Part shown: positions 57,102 to 64,000 of the stretch, piece after piece
Position numbering within the stretch: the stretch's first letter is position 1
Layout of the letters: the number at the start of each line of letters is the position of its first letter
Assembly (NCBI GenBank): GCA_001772865.1
Contig: MEVD01000014.1
Location: forward strand, 2,214-66,213
Source of the DNA: a candidate division WWE3 bacterium RIFCSPHIGHO2_02_FULL_38_14
Lineage (GTDB): Bacteria > Patescibacteriota > WWE3 > UBA101185 > UBA10185
Length of the DNA: 64,000 nucleotides
Direction: 5' to 3'
Notes under the pieces: model-generated
Seen by the model: the letters and a program-made list of their open reading frames with translations, nothing else
What the model was told of the DNA's origin: nothing
Database searches by the model: none
Made by a program: the position numbers and the translations under genes

Positions 57102-57998
57102 ATGCAAAAACACAGCACTCATTATGTTAAAACAATATTTCTGTTTATTCTTCTTCTTTTGGAATCCTCTTTACTTTCTGTTTTTTTAATGGAAATGATC
57201 AGAAATCAAAACATATTATTTCCCTCAATAGAAAGCTTTACATTTGTATGCATTTTGATAATTATGATTTATATCGCTCAGGTACTTACGATCGGGGCGT
57301 GGGAAAAGTGGGAGCACTACCTGTTGGTCCCGATTCCGGTCACTTTAGGTATTACTGCGGGATTAATCAATTCCGGATTTAAGTGGTGGTTTGTGATTAC
57401 TATATTAAGCCTTTTGCTTCTCGCGGAAAGTGTATATTTAACTGACAGATTTAAAAAATTACTGCTTAAATTCCACCCCCGCCTGATATTTAGAAATATT
57501 AACAGAACTACAGGATTTGTTTTCGCAATTTTGGCCGGAATTTATACTTATCAAAATTACGTTGACTTGAATTCCGCCCTGCTTAAAACAAGAGTCAGCG
57601 AGTTTGTGGATCAGCAGTACGGAGATATAGCCAAACCTTTAATTGAACAACAATTAAAAGAACTGCAAGGAGCACAAAATCTGCGGGAAGATATAAATCT
57701 TATAAATGAGCAGTACGGGTTTGACTTGAGTCCTTTTTTAAACAGCACCACTCCTACAGACACGGACAACCAGATTAAGGCAAATCTGGTTACTCAAATA
57801 ATGGGGTGGATCGAACCGTACAAACAATTTATACCGCCTGCGCTTTCCATAATAACATTCGCGTTCTTTCAATTTTTATTTGGAATCTCCTACTTTCTAT
57901 TTACTCTATTAATTGACGGACTAATAATTGGCGCAAAAAAGATAAATTTTTTGCATGTGGAAGAAATAGAGGTTAAACAGGAAATTTTGAAGTTTTAG
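57102..57998 (+). CDS. Hypothetical polytopic membrane protein
   Basis: At least 6 hydrophobic helices; no motifs. Confidence 0.45.
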   Translation: MQKHSTHYVKTIFLFILLLLESSLLSVFLMEMIRNQNILFPSIESFTFVCILIIMIYIAQVLTIGAWEKWEHYLLVPIPVTLGITAGLINSGFKWWFVITILSLLLLAESVYLTDRFKKLLLKFHPRLIFRNINRTTGFVFAILAGIYTYQNYVDLNSALLKTRVSEFVDQQYGDIAKPLIEQQLKELQGAQNLREDINLINEQYGFDLSPFLNSTTPTDTDNQIKANLVTQIMGWIEPYKQFIPPALSIITFAFFQFLFGISYFLFTLLIDGLIIGAKKINFLHVEEIEVKQEILKF

Positions 57999-58190
57999 GT
58001 TCGGCTAATAATAGTAGAGTGCTATAATATGGACATGAAAATTACAGTAGAGTATGATCATCAAGTGAGTATGAAATTTTACTATTATGTTAACAAAACC
58101 TTAAATACTTTAACCACTACCCCTTCTAGGGGTTAAAAACTTGTACCTAAAACCAATTTCTCTGTTAAAATTATTTGAAAGGAATTAAAT

Positions 58191-59984
58191 ATGTCAAAGG
58201 TTAAAGAAGAATTAGAAAACGATCCGTTAATGCCTTTAAGGCATACGGCTGAACACGTCCTACACTTGGCAATGCAGGAATTGTATCCGAGCCTTAAAAA
58301 AGCAATGGGTCCGCCTATAGAAGAGGGTTTTTATTTTGATTTCGATCTTGATGAAAAAGTATCTTCAGACGACTTTGTGAAAATAGAAAAAAGAATGCAG
58401 GAATTAATAGATGCCGACCTTCCGGTAACTCTCGTTCACAGCTCAGTAAAAGAAGCAAAAGATATTTTTAAAGACAATCCATTTAAATTAGAGTGGCTGC
58501 AGGAAATTCATAACCGCGGCGAAGAAGTAACTTTATACGAAATGGGAGAAAAAGACGGCAAGCATTACGATCTGGATTTATGCGCGGGACCTCATGCTAG
58601 AAGCACGGGAGAAGTTAAAGCGTTTAAATTATTGAGCGTTGCTGGCGCGTATTGGAAAGGTAACGAAAAAAACAAGATGCTGACCAGAATTTACGGGACA
58701 GCTTTTGATACAAAGGAAAAACTTGAAAAATACCTGAAAAACTTAGAAGAGCAGAAAAAACGCGACCACCGAAAACTGGGGCAGGAACTTGAATTATTTA
58801 CATTCTCAGAGGAAGTAGGCCCTGGACTGCCTTTGTGGACGCCCAAAGGTAATGTAATAAGAGAAGAACTGGAAAAGTGGGCTAAAGATACCGAGAAAAA
58901 ACTGGGATATATGAGAGTTGCCACACCTCATATAGCCAAACACACTTTATTTGAAATATCCGGACACCTGCCTTACTACAGGGATGATATGTACAACCCA
59001 ATGGATATTGAAGGCGAAGAGTATTTTCTGAAAGGAATGAATTGTCCGCACCATCACATGATATTCAAGTCAAAGCCTAAGTCTTACAAGGATCTTCCCT
59101 TAAGATACGCAGAATACGGCATGGTATATAGATTTGAACAGTCAGGCACATTATTCGGGCTAATGCGGGTTAGAGCAATACAACAAAATGATGCGCATAT
59201 ATATTGCACACTCGAACAAGCTGAGGACGAGTTCTTAAAAGTACTCGAGCTTCACGAATTTTATTACAACACTCTGGGTCTTACAAAAGATGATTATTAC
59301 ATTGCTTTCGGTCTGCCCGATACAAATAAAAAAGAAAAATACCACGGGGACAAAGCCACTTGGGATAAAGCTGAAGAATTAATGAGAAAAGCCTGCAAAA
59401 GGTCCGGTATAAGATCTATAGACGATGTTGGCGGTGCTGCATTTTACGGACCGAAGACAGACTTCACAATCCGTTCTTCGACCGGAAGAGAATTTGCAAT
59501 CTCAACCAACCAGCTTGACCTGTTTATGCCCCAAAGATTTAATCTTGAATACACGGACAAAGACGGATCAAAGAAATTATGCGTGGTAATCCACAGAGCA
59601 CCTTTAGGCTCACACGAGCGGTTCATCGGATTTTTAATCGAACATTTCGGCGGAGCGTTTCCGGTCTGGCTTTCACCTGTACAAGTACAGATTATTCCCA
59701 TTTCAGAAAAACAAATTGATTATGCAATAAAACTACAAAATATGTTTATAGAAAGAAATTTAAGAGCTGAAGTAGACGATAGAAGCGAGACTATACAAGC
59801 AAAAATTCGAGACGCACAGCTGCAGAAAATTCCTTACATGCTGGTGGTAGGGGATAGGGAAGTACAAAATAATGAAGTGAGCGTTAGACTACGAACTGGC
59901 GAAGATTTAAAAGCAAAGCCTTTAACAGAAGTGCTAGCTAAAATAGAGGACATATATTTGACCAAAAGCCTGAAATTATGGTAA
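58191..59984 (+). CDS. thrS: Threonyl-tRNA synthetase, without the N-terminal TGS domain
   Basis: Editing-domain HTAEHVLH...CAGPH motif; class II motifs; HRAPLGSHERFIGFLIEHFGGAFPVWLSP; anticodon-binding C-terminus. Confidence 0.85.
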   Translation: MSKVKEELENDPLMPLRHTAEHVLHLAMQELYPSLKKAMGPPIEEGFYFDFDLDEKVSSDDFVKIEKRMQELIDADLPVTLVHSSVKEAKDIFKDNPFKLEWLQEIHNRGEEVTLYEMGEKDGKHYDLDLCAGPHARSTGEVKAFKLLSVAGAYWKGNEKNKMLTRIYGTAFDTKEKLEKYLKNLEEQKKRDHRKLGQELELFTFSEEVGPGLPLWTPKGNVIREELEKWAKDTEKKLGYMRVATPHIAKHTLFEISGHLPYYRDDMYNPMDIEGEEYFLKGMNCPHHHMIFKSKPKSYKDLPLRYAEYGMVYRFEQSGTLFGLMRVRAIQQNDAHIYCTLEQAEDEFLKVLELHEFYYNTLGLTKDDYYIAFGLPDTNKKEKYHGDKATWDKAEELMRKACKRSGIRSIDDVGGAAFYGPKTDFTIRSSTGREFAISTNQLDLFMPQRFNLEYTDKDGSKKLCVVIHRAPLGSHERFIGFLIEHFGGAFPVWLSPVQVQIIPISEKQIDYAIKLQNMFIERNLRAEVDDRSETIQAKIRDAQLQKIPYMLVVGDREVQNNEVSVRLRTGEDLKAKPLTEVLAKIEDIYLTKSLKLW

Positions 59985-60019
59985 CTTACGAAAGCTGAAA
60001 TGCTAAAACGGAGGTATAG

Positions 60020-60529
60020 ATTATAAGAGATTATTACAGGATCAACGAAAGAATAAGGTCACCCCAGCTTAGAGTTATAACGGGTACAGGGGAAAATTTG
60101 GGCGTTATGAGCACCGCGGACGCGTTAAAACTGGCCAAGGAAAAAGAACTAGATCTTGTTTTAATATCGGAGCAAGCAAACCCACCGGTTGCAAAGATCC
60201 TTGAATACAATAAGTTTCTTTACGAAGAAAGAAAAAAAACTTCTGCCGTAAAAGCCAAGGCGAAAAAAAGCGAGCTGAAGGAATTTGTGTTCGGTCCTAC
60301 AATCGGAGAAGGGGATATAGCAATCAGAGTAGAAAGATCAAAGGAGTTCATAAAAGAGGGTAACAGAGTTAAGATTTCGGTTAAATTAAAGGGCAGGGAG
60401 GCTGAATACCCGGATCTAGGATTTGAGAAAATTAAAAGATTCCAGGAAGAACTTGCAGATGTAGCTAAACTAGAAAGCGAGCCAAGAAGAAACGGGAAAA
60501 TTATTTCAGCAACTTTCTGCAAAATATAA
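60020..60529 (+). CDS. infC: Translation initiation factor IF-3 with non-canonical ATT start codon
   Basis: IF3 N-terminal INERIRSPQLRVI... lies upstream of the first ATG (60098). In-frame TAG at 60017-19 is followed immediately by ATT at 60020, with GGAGG 5 nt upstream. Confidence 0.7.
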   Translation: MIRDYYRINERIRSPQLRVITGTGENLGVMSTADALKLAKEKELDLVLISEQANPPVAKILEYNKFLYEERKKTSAVKAKAKKSELKEFVFGPTIGEGDIAIRVERSKEFIKEGNRVKISVKLKGREAEYPDLGFEKIKRFQEELADVAKLESEPRRNGKIISATFCKI

Positions 60530-60530
60530 T

Positions 60531-60636
60531 ATTATTTCGCTTCCGCGAAGTAATATTTAACAAAATTATTTCACTTTCGTGAAGTAATTTATAACTAAAT
60601 TATGCCAAAAGGACGCACTTTTTTTACAAAAAGTGC
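60531..60636 (+). promoter_or_regulatory. infC-rpmI intergenic leader with three hairpins. Candidate L20-responsive attenuator/operator.
   Basis: Two tandem ~24-nt imperfect palindromes, ATTATTTCGCttccGCGAAGTAAT at 60531-54 and ATTATTTCACtttcGTGAAGTAAT at 60565-88. A perfect 9-bp-stem hairpin GCACTTTTTttacAAAAAGTGC at 60615-36. The motif TTATGCCAAAAG occurs at both 60599 and 60657. Confidence 0.45.
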
Positions 60637-60659
60637 TATCATTTGTCAAAAATGAATTT

Positions 60660-60875
60660 ATGCCAAAAGTGAAAACTAAAAAGACATTAATAAAAAGAAT
60701 AAAGATTACAAAAAAAGGCAAAGTACTCAAAAAACAAAATAGTAATGCCCATCTAAAGGTAAAAATGAGCAATTCAAGAAAACTCAGAAAAAACAAAGTA
60801 ATTACAATGCATGACAAAGGACATACAAAAATTTTTAAAAAGTTGCTGGCTAAAGCGGGAAAAAGAATTTCATAA
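60660..60875 (+). CDS. rpmI: 50S ribosomal protein L35
   Basis: MPKVKTKKTLIKRIKITKKGKV... The ORF-track Met at 60633 is rejected in favour of the Met preceding PKVKT. Confidence 0.85.
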   Translation: MPKVKTKKTLIKRIKITKKGKVLKKQNSNAHLKVKMSNSRKLRKNKVITMHDKGHTKIFKKLLAKAGKRIS

Positions 60876-60884
60876 GGAGATAGT

Positions 60885-61235
60885 ATGCCAAGAGTAAAAG
60901 GCGGTCCCAGAGGACACAGAATGCATAAAAAAATCTTAAAACTGGCAAAAGGCTACAGAGGATCCAGGCATCGATTGTTTAAGCGCGCAAATGAAGCGGT
61001 ATTAAGAGCAGGAAAGCATGCTTTTGAAGGCCGAAGACAGAGAAGAAGAGATTTTAGAAAATTATGGATTTCCAGAATCAGCGGAGCTCTTTCAAGCCAC
61101 GGGGTAAAATACAGCAGATTTGTAAACTACCTTAAAAAATCAAATATAGAATTGGATAGAAAACAATTATCAGAAATGGCAGTAAACGATCCCAAAGGAT
61201 TTGAAAAACTAATAAAGAGCGCAGGCAAATTATAA
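60885..61235 (+). CDS. rplT: 50S ribosomal protein L20
   Basis: MPRVKGGPRGHRMHKKILKLAKGYRGSR... Confidence 0.9.
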   Translation: MPRVKGGPRGHRMHKKILKLAKGYRGSRHRLFKRANEAVLRAGKHAFEGRRQRRRDFRKLWISRISGALSSHGVKYSRFVNYLKKSNIELDRKQLSEMAVNDPKGFEKLIKSAGKL

Positions 61236-63221
61236 AACTTTATACACCCTCACGGATTCACTTTGATAAACAATTTCCGTAAGATTTTCGATAGTCTGTA
61301 TATTTATATCAAAACCGTATTTGTTTTTTTCAAAATCCCCGATAAATATATAAGATATGGCGTATTTATCAAGAATCCCGCTAATAATTTCTTCATCATT
61401 ACTTTTATAAATCTGATCAACTTCATTTCTCCTCAAATCTATTTCCTCCACATCATTTCGCCATGTCCATTCGTGTCCCGGCCAGCCCAAAATAGTAGGC
61501 CATCCTAAAAAGGTTGAATAAAAACTACCATCCTGATAGCTTTCTCCCACAGCCTCAACTATAATCGGCTGAGACTCCTTATACTCATTCTCCAAAAACA
61601 TAATAGCCGAATAATCATCTGGGTATTTCTTTCCCATCCAAGATAATCCGTAATCAATCCCGGTAAATCTCTTTCCGTCAATCATCGATTGTTTCACTGC
61701 AAATACTGGATAGTAGGCCAAAATTAACATCATGATCAGCAGAGTTCCTTTAATTAATAAACCCACAATCCCGTTTCTAAATAAAAATAAATAGTAAGCA
61801 ACTGCAAGCCCGGTAATAACTCCCAGCCAAACCCAGACCTGCATGCTTATTTTAAAAACAGTGTTCGCCCTAAACCATTCTCCCTGAAACATAATATCTT
61901 TCATATAAAATACTTCCATAAAACCCAAAAATAGAATTCCGGTTATTATGAGCATTTTTATAAATCCGGCGGCACGGGAACCACTTTTGCTTTTATAAAG
62001 AAAAACACTGAATAATACCAAAACAGCTGCAAAATGACCCCAATACAACAGCCATTTCCAGGCAACACTGGATGATTTAACAATTCCCAGTCCCAATGTC
62101 GGAGTTAAAAAATCTTTCTTCCATAGTACTGAAACTCCAAATGCAATAATGAAAGAAGACAAAATACCTAATAACGCTCTTTTTTTATTTTTTTCCAAAT
62201 ATATTATTGAAAAGCAAGTGAACACACCTAAGGTCATTGCATCCCATGAGTTAGTCATAAAAGATATTCCCATCAGAAATCCTAAGACAACAGGAAACAA
62301 TAAACGCTTGCCGCCGTTTTCTTCAATAAAATATGCCAGTATTGCAGCCAAAAACACTACCCCTAGAATAAGACCCCAGGTATGAGCATGCAGATCGGAA
62401 ACTAAAAAAGAATAAATAGGCATCTCAGTTATTGTATTGTCAATAAATCTGGTTGGATCCGGATACCAGGGAGATGAGCCGATTTTTAATATCCACCTTA
62501 CGGAAAACAAAGTACCGGAAAACTGCACAAAAAATACCGTCAGCACGCCGGCTATATAAGAAACAATATTCCTTCCAACAGGAAACATTAATAAAAACAG
62601 ATTTCTACCCAAACTGAACAAACACATACCTAAAATCCCGAACATCCACACTACTAGTACAAAAAAACCCGGAACTAAATTTATACCCATTAGATTTAAA
62701 AAAACGTATGAAATAAAGTGACCGAAATAATAGTAGTTAATTGAATGACCGGCCAGCCAAACATCATTAGGCGGCAGTGCGGGGGATTCGAATAAAGATT
62801 TAATAAATCCGAAATCCATAAATCTTTCAATCGAGTATATTTCAGGTTCGCGGCTGCGCACAAAATACCATAACAGCGCTAAAACCAAAAATATCAGCTG
62901 GCTGTAAACCATATTCATTATCAGATGTTTGTTAATAGAAAGATGTCCGAATTTGAAAAAAACAAAAACATTCATTAAAACCCAAGCCGCAAAAGAAATA
63001 TAAACATAAATTCTATTTAATCCAAAAGCATAGGACAATAAAAATGTTAAAAAAGATATTACGATCAAACTTAAGACATGGGAATATGCATAACCTTTAT
63101 CATTAAACCTACCGAATATTTTCGAAATAATCGGAAATCCTGAAAGACCGACCAAAAAATTTACAGCAAAAAGAGGCAATAAGAAAGTTTTTAATTCCGT
63201 TAACAAAATCTCCATAAACAA
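61230..63221 (-). CDS. Large polytopic membrane protein (more than 12 TM) with a C-terminal soluble domain. Possibly DUF2298/GT-C-like.
   Basis: Many hydrophobic helices. A loop with the HSINYYYFGH motif. The last ~150 aa are hydrophilic. Confidence 0.5.
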   Translation of the reverse strand: MFMEILLTELKTFLLPLFAVNFLVGLSGFPIISKIFGRFNDKGYAYSHVLSLIVISFLTFLLSYAFGLNRIYVYISFAAWVLMNVFVFFKFGHLSINKHLIMNMVYSQLIFLVLALLWYFVRSREPEIYSIERFMDFGFIKSLFESPALPPNDVWLAGHSINYYYFGHFISYVFLNLMGINLVPGFFVLVVWMFGILGMCLFSLGRNLFLLMFPVGRNIVSYIAGVLTVFFVQFSGTLFSVRWILKIGSSPWYPDPTRFIDNTITEMPIYSFLVSDLHAHTWGLILGVVFLAAILAYFIEENGGKRLLFPVVLGFLMGISFMTNSWDAMTLGVFTCFSIIYLEKNKKRALLGILSSFIIAFGVSVLWKKDFLTPTLGLGIVKSSSVAWKWLLYWGHFAAVLVLFSVFLYKSKSGSRAAGFIKMLIITGILFLGFMEVFYMKDIMFQGEWFRANTVFKISMQVWVWLGVITGLAVAYYLFLFRNGIVGLLIKGTLLIMMLILAYYPVFAVKQSMIDGKRFTGIDYGLSWMGKKYPDDYSAIMFLENEYKESQPIIVEAVGESYQDGSFYSTFLGWPTILGWPGHEWTWRNDVEEIDLRRNEVDQIYKSNDEEIISGILDKYAISYIFIGDFEKNKYGFDINIQTIENLTEIVYQSESVRVYKVL

Positions 63222-63400
63222 ACCGTATCAGAATTAGCTTTTTGAACTTTTACACCTGATTTTCAGACAGCAGCAAAATCTGTTATTACGTTATCATTTT
63301 ACTACAAGTAAAAATAGTTATCGGACTCTGCCTAAATGGATCGTTAAATCCCACCTCCTAAACTGTGGAAAAACAGCCAAAAACTGCTAAACTTACTGTC

Positions 63401-64000
63401 ATGGACATACAAAACAGGGTAGACGAAATTCACCTTAAATTCAACGAAGATCTTAAAAAAACAAAACTTAACGGCGATTTTGATAATCTTTTCCTTAAAT
63501 ACTTCTCAAAAAGTTCAGGAATTACAACTTTATTGCTGAAAGAACTTCCAAAATTAAGTGCAGAAGAAAAAAATAAATACGGCCCGGTTTTCAATGATCT
63601 AAAAGCAACTCAGAAAGAAGCTATAGAACAGGCGAAAATACTCCACGAAATTGAACAAGTTTCAAATCCCTTAATAGATTTAACATTGCCCGAAAAACCG
63701 GCCGAAACAGGGATGCTCCATCCCTTAACCCAGGTTATCCGCGAAATGAACGACTTTTTCAGATATTACGGATTCTCAGTTGCCGAAGATAGGGAAATAG
63801 AAACAGTCGAATACAATTTCAGAAAGCTCAACCTGCCAGAGGACCATCCCGCAACAGATCTGCAGGATACCTTGTTTGTTAAACAGCCTGACATTTTATT
63901 AAGAACACACACTTCATCGGTTGAATCACGAATACTGACTAATAATAAACCGCCCATAAGGGTTGTAACTCCGGGTAAGGTTTACCGTAATGAAACTGCA
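63401..64000 (+). CDS. pheS: Phenylalanyl-tRNA synthetase alpha subunit, 3'-partial at the window edge
   Basis: MLHPLTQVIREMNDFF...FRKLNLPEDHPATDLQDT...LLRTHTSSVESR...PGKVYRNE class II motifs. Open to the end of the window, so absent from the ORF track. Confidence 0.8.
   Translation, partial: MDIQNRVDEIHLKFNEDLKKTKLNGDFDNLFLKYFSKSSGITTLLLKELPKLSAEEKNKYGPVFNDLKATQKEAIEQAKILHEIEQVSNPLIDLTLPEKPAETGMLHPLTQVIREMNDFFRYYGFSVAEDREIETVEYNFRKLNLPEDHPATDLQDTLFVKQPDILLRTHTSSVESRILTNNKPPIRVVTPGKVYRNETA

Noticed and set aside
57990-58190. Possible T-box leader upstream of thrS
   Set aside because: No T-box consensus (AATTAGGGTGGNACCGCG) or specifier-loop architecture was found. Only a small CCCCT/AGGGG hairpin is present.
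60098-60100. ATG at 60098 as the infC start (ORF-track call)
   Set aside because: The conserved IF3 N-terminal region is encoded upstream in the same frame. ATT at 60020, directly after a stop and with an SD, is the better start.
60633-60659. ATG at 60633 as the rpmI start
   Set aside because: L35 universally begins MPK(V/M)KT. The Met at 60660 gives a 71-aa protein of the expected size.
1-64000. Search for transposases, integrases and CRISPR arrays
   Set aside because: No DDE/HUH transposase or tyrosine recombinase motifs were recognised, and no terminal inverted repeats flank the islet candidates. No spaced direct-repeat arrays were seen.

Overview
This window is a low-GC (~35%), densely coded bacterial chromosomal segment. 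It looks like a reduced, Gram-positive-like genome, possibly Patescibacteria/CPR-like; that is inference from an LPxTG sortase substrate, a (PT)n linker, and housekeeping proteins that have lost domains (short TsaB, PPIase-less trigger factor, TGS-less ThrRS).

Housekeeping blocks I can support from sequence:
- pyrD, tRNA-Arg(TCT) and a GlmU-N-like nucleotidyltransferase.
- malQ and dus.
- An ftsE-ftsX-M23(EnvC-like) operon and mltG.
- RNase P RNA (rnpB).
- miaB-miaA.
- rpmH-rnpA-yidD-yidC-jag-dnaN.
- sppA and tig-clpP.
- thrS-infC-rpmI-rplT, with the start of pheS at the window edge.
- Five tRNAs in total, all on the + strand.

Non-housekeeping content:
- A 5'-truncated giant modular surface protein of more than 1600 aa.
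- A katanin/Vps4-clade AAA ATPase with a TPR partner.
- Two tandem D-Ala-D-Ala-ligase-family ATP-grasp paralogs with an altered active-site loop.
- A signal peptidase I fused to a CAP domain.
- A P-type ATPase.
- A GC-anomalous islet at tRNA-Pro carrying an NDT-like protein, an unknown protein and a methyltransferase.
- A PAS histidine kinase surrounded by five stand-alone CheY-like receivers and linked to a GT2/epimerase operon.
- An EnvC-like protein whose M23 motifs appear in circularly permuted order.
- Several orphan hypotheticals.

I found no CRISPR array, transposase or integrase. Start sites are approximate where stated, and every family assignment is from motif recognition by eye.
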